DNA of 64,000 bases from Chloroflexota bacterium (lineage in GTDB: Bacteria; Chloroflexota; UBA11872; UBA12225; JAJDUF01), in the NCBI GenBank assembly GCA_965214295.1, contig OZ243944.1:75693-139692 (forward strand), read 5' to 3'. Position numbers and translations under genes: made by a program. Under the pieces are notes generated by a model. The model was not told where the DNA came from. It did no database searches and worked only from the letters and a program-made list of their open reading frames with translations. Within the stretch, counting starts at the first letter, position 1. Each line of letters begins with the position of its first letter. This document shows, piece after piece, positions 9,129-16,968 of the stretch.

Positions 9129-9437
9129 CTAGCCAGCCAACCAACGCAGGAACGCCGCCAGTGCCGCGCCCCCGGCTACCAAGATCGCCGTCAGTTTCCA
9201 GGTCAACGCATTGATGGCACGTTCCATGTTCGCGTGGAGTTGTGCCACATCGGCTTTCGTGGCGAGGTGCGGCAGCGTCGAGTCGAAACGCGCCTCCATC
9301 CGATCCAGGCGTGTATTCAAGCGCCCCACGTCAGCGGTCAGGGTATCCAGCCGGTCGTCGACTCGAGCGCGCCAGGCCACCGTCGCCGCATCCGGGTCCG
9401 CCCATGCTGGCGTTGATGCCGCCTCGGTAGCCGTCAT
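9129..9437 (-). CDS. Coiled-coil protein with C-terminal membrane anchor (DUF1640/CCDC90-like)
   Basis: RVDDRLD, LPHLATKADV, ERAINALTWKL shared with the neighbouring ORF; RBS GGGAG. Confidence 0.78.
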   Translation of the reverse strand: MTATEAASTPAWADPDAATVAWRARVDDRLDTLTADVGRLNTRLDRMEARFDSTLPHLATKADVAQLHANMERAINALTWKLTAILVAGGAALAAFLRWLAG

Positions 9438-9543
9438 GCTCCCATACCTCTCTCAGCCGCCACCCGTCACGTCAACCAGGTCAGCACGCGGCGCCCGTAC
9501 CATAGCAAATCAACGCCGCCGGAGAGTCCGGTACCGCCCGGAA

Positions 9544-9577
9544 AGTGTAGCCGACGGGAGCGGGGGGCAACCGGCAT
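9544..9577 (-). repeat. Degenerate CRISPR repeat R3
   Basis: AGTGTAGCCGACGGGAG--CGGGGGGCAACCGGCAT aligns to R1. Confidence 0.8.
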
Positions 9578-9584
9578 AGGTCAG

Positions 9585-9613
9585 TTGCCTCCCAACCCTT
9601 TGCATAGTATGAT
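9585..9613 (+). promoter_or_regulatory. cas operon promoter
   Basis: -35 TTGCCT, 17 bp, -10 TATGAT; RBS AAGGAGGG at 9641-9648. Confidence 0.7.
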
Positions 9614-9653
9614 ACTCCCTCACAGGTTATGCAACCACACAAGGAGGGACTGT

Positions 9654-12600
9654 ATGCGCTACCGTCTGGGGCTTGATCTCGGGACGAACTCCATCGGCTG
9701 GGCCGCCGTCACACTTGACGCGGACGACCAGCCCTGCGGGGTGCTGGACATGGGCGTCCGCGTCTTCCCGGACGGACGTGATCCCCAATCGCAAACCTCG
9801 AACGCAGCGACCCGGCGTGTCGCGCGCGGCCAACGCCGGCGCCGCGACCGCTACCTACAGCGACGGACTGACCTGGTGCAGGCACTCATCGCTTGCGGTC
9901 TCATGCCAGCGGATAAAGACGCGCGCAAGCAGCTGGCCAAGCTCGATCCCTACACGCTCCGCGCTACGGCCCTCGACCAGCCGCTTCAGCCCGATGAGCT
10001 AGGACGTGCGATTTTCCATCTCGACCAGCGGCGCGGCTTCAAGTCCAATCGCAAGGCGAGCGGCGATGACGACAGTGCAGCCAAGCAGATCGGTCCGAAG
10101 ATCGAGGGACTTAGTAAGTCCATTGCGGAGAGCGGCGCGCGCACGCTGGGCGAATTCCTGGCGCGGCAATTGAAGCAAGGCCAAACGGCACGTTTCCGGC
10201 CTGGTGTGGAATTCTACCCGGATCGAGTCATGTATGAGGCCGAGTTTGCGGCGATCCGAGAGGTGCAGGAGTCGCACCAGGCATTGTCTCCGGACCAATG
10301 GAACACTTTGCACGACATCATCTTCTTCCAGCGACCACTGCGACCGGTCGAGCCGGGCTGGTGCCGGTTCGAGCACGGTGAGAAGCGCGCCGCCAAAGCC
10401 TTGCCGGTCTTCCAGGAGTTCCGCATGTTGCTGGAGATCAGCAACATGAAACTCCAGGTTGGCAGCGAGGACCGGCGACTGGATGCCGGCGAGCGGGAAC
10501 GCGCCCTGCAACGGCTGCGCGCTGGCCAGGACATCAACCTGAAGAAGCCGGTAAAGGCGCTGGGCCTGCCGTCGGGTGCGACCTTCAACCTGAGCCGTGG
10601 GGGCCGGACCATAGTCAAGGGTGACGAGGCTACTGCCCGCCTCATAGAGAAGAAAGAGAGGGGGAAGAAAAAGCAAGCGCTGTTCGGCAAACGCTGGCTG
10701 ACGCGCTCCCTCGACGAGCGCAATGAGATCGTGCGGTTTCTGATCAAAACGGAGGACCCGGCGGAAGTCCACCGGAAGGCGATGGCGGATTGGGGGCTGA
10801 CCGACGAGCAGGCCAAAGCCGTCTCGGAAGTTGCACTGCCGAGCGGCTACGGCGACCTGAGTGAAAAGGCCATCGGAAAGCTGCTCTCCCACTTGGAGGC
10901 CGGACTGGGTTATTCGGAAGCCGTCATCGCCGCCGGCTATCCCCATCACTCCGACTTCCGCAACACCGAGGCGCACGCCCGGCTGCCCTACTACGGCGCC
11001 GTGCTCGAACGCGACGCGGTCGGCGCGGACCCCACGAAAGACCCGCAGGTAGACGGCGAGGTAGCCCGCTACGGCCGGTTCCCCAACCCCACCGTCCACA
11101 TCGGCCTGAACCAGCTCCGGCGCGTCGTCAACCGGCTCATCGCCGTCTACGGCAAGCCGGAGGAGATCGTCGTCGAGGTCGGCCGCGACTTGAAGGCGAA
11201 CAAGGAGGACCGCGACCGTTACCGGAAGCAGCAAAGGGAAGGCCGGGAGCGCAACGAGCGGTACAAGGAGCAGCTCGAGTCGGCCGGGGGGGACAATACG
11301 CCCGATATGCGCCTCAAGCTTCGCCTGTGGGAGGAGCAGGGCGAGCCACCAGCCCGCCGCTGCCCGTACACCGGCAAGACACTCTCTTTCGAGATGGTGG
11401 TTTCCGAGCGGACCCAGATAGACCATATCCTGCCGTTTTCCCGGACGTTGCACGATTCACGAGCGAATATGGTCGTCTGCGTCGCCGCCGCCAACCAAGT
11501 CAAAGGCAACCGAGCACCCTACGAGGCCTTCGGTCACAGCCCGCCGGGGTATGACTACGAGGCCATTCTGGCTCGCGCCGCCAAGCTGCCGGGCAACAAG
11601 CGCTGGCGCTTCCAGCCGGACGCGATGGAGCAGTTCGAGGACGAACGTGACTTCCTCGACCGCCAGCTGAACGAGACGCGCTACCTCTCCCGGACTGCCC
11701 GCACTTACCTGGCCTACCTCTACGACGAGCAGACCGAGGGCCGAGTGCGGGTGCGTGCCATCCCCGGTCACATGACCGCGCTGTTGCGGCGCGGCTGGGG
11801 TCTGGAAGGGATACTGCGCGATTCCAAGGACGGTGAACCGTCGCGCAAGCAGCGTGACGACCACCGCCACCACGCTATCGACGCCTTCGTCGTCGCGAAC
11901 ACGACGCAAGGATTGCTCCAGCGGTTCGCCCGCGCCGCCGCGTCCCAGTATGACCGCATAAACAGGCTGGATGCGGTAGCAGGTAAGGCGTCCCCATGGG
12001 CAGGGTTTGACCGCCGCCAACTGCAACCATACCTTGATCGCCTAGTCGTCTCTTATAAGAGAGATCGGGGCACGCGCGGCACCGCCGGCCGGACCACCGG
12101 CCAGCTGCACAACGAGACGGCCTACGGGTTTATCGAGGCACCGACCGGCGATGTCCCGTCCGAAGTCGTGACCCGCAGGGAGCTTGCGACTGGAGCTACC
12201 GGATGGCCCAAGACGCGCAAACACCTGGAGTCCGTGCGGGACGACGCATTGCGGGCAGCACTGCTGGCGCTCTGGGATCGGGTCAAGGCGGAAGGCAAGA
12301 AGCCGGCCGAATTCGTTGAGCGAGCGGCCAATGACGGTGTGCTGCTCAATGGCCAGCGCCAGCGCGTGCGGCGGGTGCGCGTGGTCGAAAACCTGCGCGT
12401 CATACCGATCAAGGACCACGCCGGCAAGCCGTACAAGGGCTATATGCCGGACAGCAATGAGTTCGTCCACGTGTGGCGGATGCGCGACAGAAGCTGGAAG
12501 CTGGTCGTCGTGTCCACGTTCGAGGCCAATCAATCCGGCTTCGATATCGAGGATATCGAGCGGTTCCGCCCCACATCTTCCAGAGGTCCCTACCGGGGAA

Positions 12601-12884
12601 AACCTGACCCCGCCGCCAAGTACCTCATGCGGCTGCACAAGGACGACATGGGCGTGTTGGGCAAGGGGCAGGATCGCCGCATCGTGCATGTGCGTCAGAT
12701 ATGGGCTACCACGGTGGTACTGGATGACCACAATGAAGCCGATGTTGATGCCCGCGAACGCCGGGGCGAAATGGATCGTAGCAAGAGCAGCTATTCGGCG
12801 AAGAAACTCCGGGAGCAGGGTTTCCGCAAGGTGCGTGTGGATGAGATCGGGCGCGTGCGGGACCCGAGGCCGCCGGCGCCATGA
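9654..12884 (+). CDS. cas9: Type II-C Cas9 (1076 aa)
   Basis: RuvC-I LGLDLGTNSIGW, Arg-rich bridge helix, RuvC-II IVVEVGR, HNH IDHILPFS...N..KGNR, RuvC-III HHAIDA; catalytic residues appear intact. Confidence 0.97.
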   Translation: MRYRLGLDLGTNSIGWAAVTLDADDQPCGVLDMGVRVFPDGRDPQSQTSNAATRRVARGQRRRRDRYLQRRTDLVQALIACGLMPADKDARKQLAKLDPYTLRATALDQPLQPDELGRAIFHLDQRRGFKSNRKASGDDDSAAKQIGPKIEGLSKSIAESGARTLGEFLARQLKQGQTARFRPGVEFYPDRVMYEAEFAAIREVQESHQALSPDQWNTLHDIIFFQRPLRPVEPGWCRFEHGEKRAAKALPVFQEFRMLLEISNMKLQVGSEDRRLDAGERERALQRLRAGQDINLKKPVKALGLPSGATFNLSRGGRTIVKGDEATARLIEKKERGKKKQALFGKRWLTRSLDERNEIVRFLIKTEDPAEVHRKAMADWGLTDEQAKAVSEVALPSGYGDLSEKAIGKLLSHLEAGLGYSEAVIAAGYPHHSDFRNTEAHARLPYYGAVLERDAVGADPTKDPQVDGEVARYGRFPNPTVHIGLNQLRRVVNRLIAVYGKPEEIVVEVGRDLKANKEDRDRYRKQQREGRERNERYKEQLESAGGDNTPDMRLKLRLWEEQGEPPARRCPYTGKTLSFEMVVSERTQIDHILPFSRTLHDSRANMVVCVAAANQVKGNRAPYEAFGHSPPGYDYEAILARAAKLPGNKRWRFQPDAMEQFEDERDFLDRQLNETRYLSRTARTYLAYLYDEQTEGRVRVRAIPGHMTALLRRGWGLEGILRDSKDGEPSRKQRDDHRHHAIDAFVVANTTQGLLQRFARAAASQYDRINRLDAVAGKASPWAGFDRRQLQPYLDRLVVSYKRDRGTRGTAGRTTGQLHNETAYGFIEAPTGDVPSEVVTRRELATGATGWPKTRKHLESVRDDALRAALLALWDRVKAEGKKPAEFVERAANDGVLLNGQRQRVRRVRVVENLRVIPIKDHAGKPYKGYMPDSNEFVHVWRMRDRSWKLVVVSTFEANQSGFDIEDIERFRPTSSRGPYRGKPDPAAKYLMRLHKDDMGVLGKGQDRRIVHVRQIWATTVVLDDHNEADVDARERRGEMDRSKSSYSAKKLREQGFRKVRVDEIGRVRDPRPPAP

Positions 12885-13792
12885 TCGGCCGCGTCGTCGA
12901 GGTGGTAAGCGAGGGCCGGCACCTGGCGCGCTCCCACGGCTTCATGACCGTCTCGCAGGACGGGAATGAGGCGGGGCGGGTGCCCCTCGACGACATCGGA
13001 GTGCTGCTCTGCAACGCGCGCGGCCTCACCTACTCGAACAGCCTGCTGACGGAGCTGGCCCGGCGGGGCGTGGCCATGGTCTTGTGCGGGCCGCACTACC
13101 GCCCGGTCGCGTGGCTCTGGCCGCTGGAAGGCCACCACGTCCAGGCGCAACGCATGCGCCGCCAGTTGGAGGCGTCCCGGCCGCTCTGCAAACGGCTCTG
13201 GCAGGCCGTAGTGCGCGCCAAAATCGGTCAGCAGCAACGCTTGCTCACGCTGCTCCAGGCACCCGCCGACGATTTCGCAGTGCTGGCGCGGCGCGTCCGC
13301 TCCGGCGACCCGGACAACGTCGAGGCGCAGGCGGCGCGGCGCTACTGGCCGCGACTCTTCGGGAGCGACTTCCGGCGCAGCCGCTTTGGGGACGGGCCGA
13401 ACCCCTTCCTGAACTACGGCTATACGGTGCTGCGGGCCGCGACGGCGCGCGCCGTGGTATCCGCCGGCCTGCACCCATCCGTAGGCATTCACCACCATAA
13501 CCGCAGCAACGCTCTGTGCCTCGTGGACGACCTGATGGAGCCGTTCCGGCCCCTGGTGGACGCGGTCGTCGTCCGGCTGGTGCGCGCGGAGCACGAGGAG
13601 CTGACTCCGGAGACCAAGCAGCCGCTCGTGGAGGTGTTGACCATGGACATGGCAACGGACCGGGGAACGACGCCCCTCGGGACGTGCCTGGAGCGGGTTG
13701 CCCAGTCCCTTGCCCAAGCGTATGAAACCGGGCAGCCGGCCTTGGTTTTCCCCGGAGGGCCGCTGATGGACTCCATCCCGGCGGAGGGCTGA
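12881..13792 (+). CDS. cas1: CRISPR-associated endonuclease Cas1 (type II)
   Basis: VPLDDIG, EAQAARRYW, LNYGY.VLR, GIHH, DDLMEPFRP; overlaps the cas9 stop. Confidence 0.97.
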   Translation: MIGRVVEVVSEGRHLARSHGFMTVSQDGNEAGRVPLDDIGVLLCNARGLTYSNSLLTELARRGVAMVLCGPHYRPVAWLWPLEGHHVQAQRMRRQLEASRPLCKRLWQAVVRAKIGQQQRLLTLLQAPADDFAVLARRVRSGDPDNVEAQAARRYWPRLFGSDFRRSRFGDGPNPFLNYGYTVLRAATARAVVSAGLHPSVGIHHHNRSNALCLVDDLMEPFRPLVDAVVVRLVRAEHEELTPETKQPLVEVLTMDMATDRGTTPLGTCLERVAQSLAQAYETGQPALVFPGGPLMDSIPAEG

Positions 13793-13802
13793 GAGGTGGC
13801 CC

Positions 13803-14129
13803 GTGCTCAGTGGCTATCGGCTCATGTGGATGATGGTGCTCTTCGACCTCCCGGTGGTCACAAAGGCGGAGCGGCGGGCGGCGACGAAGTTTCGGAAGTT
13901 CCTGCTCGAACAGGGATTCGATAGGTGCCAGCTTTCCGTCTATCTGCGCTTCTGCGCCGGCAAAGAGCAGGCGGCAGTCTACACCCGGCGCGTCCAGGGG
14001 GCGTTGCCACGCGCGGGCAACGTGCAGATCATCTACTTCACCGACAAGCAGTACGAAAACATCGTGAGCTTCGACGGCCCGGTCCGGCGACCGGCGAACA
14101 AGAATCCGCAACAGCTCACGCTGTTCTGA
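13803..14129 (+). CDS. cas2: CRISPR-associated endoribonuclease Cas2
   Basis: MWMMVLFDLPV, FRKFLL..GF...QLSVY, TDKQY, QLTLF; no csn2 or cas4 follows. Confidence 0.96.
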   Translation: MLSGYRLMWMMVLFDLPVVTKAERRAATKFRKFLLEQGFDRCQLSVYLRFCAGKEQAAVYTRRVQGALPRAGNVQIIYFTDKQYENIVSFDGPVRRPANKNPQQLTLF

Positions 14130-14213
14130 GCATGGTCACGCCGTTTTTTGCGGCCGGAGCGCCTGTCGAACCGTCCCTGCTACCAGATAGGACCAGGGAC
14201 ACCCGGCAGGCGC

Positions 14214-14248
14214 AGTTTAGCCGCTGGGAGAGCGGGGGGCACCGCAGC
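14214..14248 (-). repeat. Degenerate CRISPR repeat R4
   Basis: AGTTTAGCCGCTGGGAGAGCGGGGGGCACCGCAGC, 85 bp after cas2. Confidence 0.85.
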
Positions 14249-14257
14249 CAGCGGCCG

Positions 14258-14806
14258 TCAGCCCCACAACCGCAGCAACGCCGCGAGGACGGTGAGCCCA
14301 GCCAGCATCACACCAGCAAGGGTCCACGTCATCAGCCGGAGTTGGCGCTCCATATCAGCCCGCAGCCGCTCCCCGTCAGTCCGTAAGTCTGCAATGTCGG
14401 CCTTGGTAGCCAGGTACGGCAGGGTGGCCTCGAACCGCGCTTCCAGGCGCATCAGACCACCTTCCACGTTTCCCAGGCGTCCCTCTACCCCATCCAGGCG
14501 TTCCTCTACCCCGTTCAGGCGCCCCTCTACCCTGTCTAGCCGCCCCTCTACCCCGTTCAGGCGCCCCTCTACCCCGTCTAGGCGCCCCTCTACCCCGTTC
14601 AGGCGTCCCTCTATCCCGTCTAGGCGCCCCTCTACCCCGTTCAGGCGTCCCTCTACTCCGTTCAGGCGTCCCTCTACTCCGTCCAGACGCCCCTCTACCC
14701 GTTCGGATTGGCCTTCCAGTCGCCCGAGTTGGTTGTGAATTCCAGCCAGCGTCGCGGCGTCAGGTATCAGCGTGTCCGGTGCCAGTGCCGCCGTCTCGGT
14801 AGTCAT
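14258..14806 (-). CDS. Long coiled-coil membrane-anchored protein (DUF1640/CCDC90-like) with heptad expansion
   Basis: Start MTTETA matches the paralogs; 11 RL(D/N)GVEG-type heptads, LPYLATKADI, C-terminal TM. Confidence 0.8.
   Translation of the reverse strand: MTTETAALAPDTLIPDAATLAGIHNQLGRLEGQSERVEGRLDGVEGRLNGVEGRLNGVEGRLDGIEGRLNGVEGRLDGVEGRLNGVEGRLDRVEGRLNGVEERLDGVEGRLGNVEGGLMRLEARFEATLPYLATKADIADLRTDGERLRADMERQLRLMTWTLAGVMLAGLTVLAALLRLWG
14459..14689. repeat. 21-bp tandem repeat, about 11 units
   Basis: Units like CAGGCGCCCCTCTACCCCGTT encoding heptads. Confidence 0.9.
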
Positions 14807-14825
14807 TGCTTTCGCTCTCGCTGCC

Positions 14826-14861
14826 AGTTTAGCCGATAGGAGATCGGGGAACAACCGCAAC
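14826..14861 (-). repeat. Degenerate CRISPR repeat R5
   Basis: AGTTTAGCCGATAGGAGATCGGGGAACAACCGCAAC, 32/36 identical to R1. Confidence 0.92.
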
Positions 14862-14930
14862 CCCCGCCATCCCGACATGGAAAGCGCCTGCGCCTACGCC
14901 AACGTACCGATGTCGTTACGGCATCCAAGA

Positions 14931-15458
14931 TCAAGACGATGTTCGGTTTTGGCGCCATAGGAACCTCTTGAATGTCAGATTCCTGTCAGTACGTCCAACG
15001 TACCAGCCAGTGCCGATGCCGGCAGCCACACCGACGACTGTGTTGAAGAGCACACCGGTTATCAAGCTGTACGTGGTCACATAGTGCAAGAAGTAGATTC
15101 CATATCTATGCAGGAATATGTCGGCCACTATCGCAGCAACGCCGGCGAGCGTACCGGCGAACGTGCCGACGGTGGCGGCGCTGATAACACTGACGAGCCT
15201 GCGGGCGCCGGCAATTGGGCCGACGACCGCTCCGACGATTGGCCCGATAGGAACGCCGACGAGCAGGCCCATCATGCTGCCGGCTACCACGGCGAAGCCG
15301 ACGCCCAGCGATTCATCCGAGGGGGTATCAATGGTTAAGACCAGAATAATATGGTATAACACGGAGCCGGTCACTCCGATTATCACGCCAGCGATTGCAC
15401 CGGCGATGAGGCCGGCGGCTGCTCCGACGATTACGTTGCCGATAACTGACCACTTCAT
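14931..15458 (-). CDS. Gly-rich multi-pass membrane hypothetical protein
   Basis: 175 aa, about 4 hydrophobic segments with GxxxG patterns; fills the R5-R6 interval. Confidence 0.65.
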   Translation of the reverse strand: MKWSVIGNVIVGAAAGLIAGAIAGVIIGVTGSVLYHIILVLTIDTPSDESLGVGFAVVAGSMMGLLVGVPIGPIVGAVVGPIAGARRLVSVISAATVGTFAGTLAGVAAIVADIFLHRYGIYFLHYVTTYSLITGVLFNTVVGVAAGIGTGWYVGRTDRNLTFKRFLWRQNRTSS

Positions 15459-15483
15459 GTCATGACGTTACCGCGCCTAGGGC

Positions 15484-15518
15484 AGTATAGCCGCTGGGAT
15501 ATCGAGAGCAACCGCAGC
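15484..15518 (-). repeat. Degenerate CRISPR repeat R6
   Basis: AGTATAGCCGCTGGGATATCGAGAGCAACCGCAGC. Confidence 0.85.
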
Positions 15519-15549
15519 GACATGATCACGCGCGAATCCTCGCTCCTCG

Positions 15550-15837
15550 CTAGACAGTAATCCGCAGTTGCATCCCCAAGGCACGGGTAATTCGCATCAC
15601 TGTGGCAAAGGTGGGGTTGCCGTTTTCGGACAACGCCTTGTAAAGTCCCTCGCGGGTCATCCCGATTTCACGGGCCAGGCGGCTCATGTTTTGAGCGCGC
15701 GCAATATCGTTCAGGGCAGCGCGAATCAGGCTGCCATCTCCTGGGTCTTCCTCTGCACACGCTTCGAGGTACAGGCATACATCCTCTTTGGTGTGCAGGT
15801 GATCGGTGATATCCCAGCGGGTGAATGTTTCGGACAT
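15550..15837 (-). CDS. Addiction module antidote protein (HTH antitoxin)
   Basis: WD..DHL, ALNDIARA.NMS.LA...GMTREGLYKALS..GNPTF. Confidence 0.92.
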   Translation of the reverse strand: MSETFTRWDITDHLHTKEDVCLYLEACAEEDPGDGSLIRAALNDIARAQNMSRLAREIGMTREGLYKALSENGNPTFATVMRITRALGMQLRITV

Positions 15838-15840
15838 ATC

Positions 15841-16134
15841 TTACCTCCAGTCCAGCACCAATCGTTTGGCGCGTGCGATGTCGCGCTGTTGGCTGTCCTT
15901 GTCACCACCGCAAAGCAGGACAACAATGGTTGTGCCCTTGTGCAGGAAATAGAGACGATAACCCGGTCCGTAATGGACGCGCATCTCGGATATGCCATCG
16001 CCTACGAGCTTGGTGTCACCAAGGTTGCCTAGCGAAGCGTTTCTCAAGCGAGCGTTGATTCGGGCGACCGCACGTCGGTCCCGCAAGCTGCGAATCCAGC
16101 GCTTGAAGGTGGCGCTTTCGACTACATCCACCAT
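15841..16134 (-). CDS. Addiction module killer protein (RelE/ParE-fold toxin)
   Basis: F..W...LRD, GNLGD.K.VG.GISEMRVHYGPGYRLYF, LLCGGDK.SQ.RDI. Confidence 0.93.
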   Translation of the reverse strand: MVDVVESATFKRWIRSLRDRRAVARINARLRNASLGNLGDTKLVGDGISEMRVHYGPGYRLYFLHKGTTIVVLLCGGDKDSQQRDIARAKRLVLDWR

Positions 16135-16140
16135 GCCGAT

Positions 16141-16169
16141 ACTGTAAACTATAGTTCACAATTTGTCAA
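16141..16169 (-). promoter_or_regulatory. TA promoter with operator palindrome; leaderless mRNA likely
   Basis: TTGACA-17-TACAGT, ATG 6 nt downstream; palindrome TGTGAACTATAGTTTACA in the spacer. Confidence 0.8.
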
Positions 16170-16213
16170 AGGTATTTCGGGCAGTTGCTCGTTCCTTCAC
16201 ACCTTCCGCGCCG

Positions 16214-16248
16214 AGCTCAACCGCTGGGATATCGAGAGCAACCGCAAC
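16214..16248 (-). repeat. Degenerate CRISPR repeat R7
   Basis: AGCTCAACCGCTGGGATATCGAGAGCAACCGCAAC; core identical to R6. Confidence 0.82.
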
Positions 16249-16273
16249 GACTATGGCTTGTAGCCGGTCCTGG

Positions 16274-16921
16274 TCACTGGTCATGGCTGGTGGCCACGAT
16301 GATCTCGCTCGGCACGCCCCATTGAACCACAACCTCGCGCCTGGCCAAGCGGAATCCGGCCTGCCGCACCAGGCCGGTCAGTTGCAAGGGGCGGCAGCCG
16401 CCACAGCCCTCCGGACTGATGGTGTAGAGCAGCTTCCAGAGCGCGATCAAGGCCCGGCTGGAACGGGTTACTCCTTCGGTGAGCGTGACCAAAACGAGGC
16501 GACCGCCCGGCACGAGCACGCGCCGGAAGTCGTGCAGGAGGGCCGGTAGGTCCGGTGCCGGCAGCAGATCAAGCACGTAGGCGGCGAATAGACAGTCAAA
16601 GCTGGCGCTGGCATAGGGCAACCGACGCGCATCGCCCAGACACACCGGAGTCCCGGTGCGGGTACGGGTGAGGCGGAGCATTACCGGCGAAACGTCGAGG
16701 CCGATGGCAATCCCGTCGGGCGCGACGGCCGCCGCGATGGGGGCGTGCTCTTTGCCGGTACCCACGCCGACGTTCAGCACGCGACAGCCGGGCGTCGGGG
16801 CTAACACGGCCAAGGCGCGAGTTTTGGCACGGCCCTCGAAGCGCCCGGCCCAATCCTGATACGCGCCCAAGCGATCATAGTAGCGCCGGGCCGCCTCACG
16901 CGAGATGGTGTCCTGGATCAT
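16274..16921 (-). CDS. Class I SAM-dependent methyltransferase (UbiE-like)
   Basis: VLNVGVGTG, GLDVSP.ML, GDARRLPY...SFD, RVLVPGGRL. Confidence 0.88.
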   Translation of the reverse strand: MIQDTISREAARRYYDRLGAYQDWAGRFEGRAKTRALAVLAPTPGCRVLNVGVGTGKEHAPIAAAVAPDGIAIGLDVSPVMLRLTRTRTGTPVCLGDARRLPYASASFDCLFAAYVLDLLPAPDLPALLHDFRRVLVPGGRLVLVTLTEGVTRSSRALIALWKLLYTISPEGCGGCRPLQLTGLVRQAGFRLARREVVVQWGVPSEIIVATSHDQ

Positions 16922-16968
16922 CGCTCTCCACTCGGAAGCCGGTCGGCCAGTGTACACGTATACCGCGA

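Noticed and set aside
9585-9653. Extended Cas9 N-terminus from the ORF track
   Set aside because: Contains the promoter and RBS; true start is the ATG at 9654, just before RuvC-I.
14459-14689. 21-bp repeats after cas2 as a CRISPR array
   Set aside because: Contiguous units with no spacers, in frame in a coiled-coil gene.
14807-14878. ORF-track N-terminal extension through R5
   Set aside because: Overlaps the repeat; paralogs begin at the equivalent of MTTET (14806).
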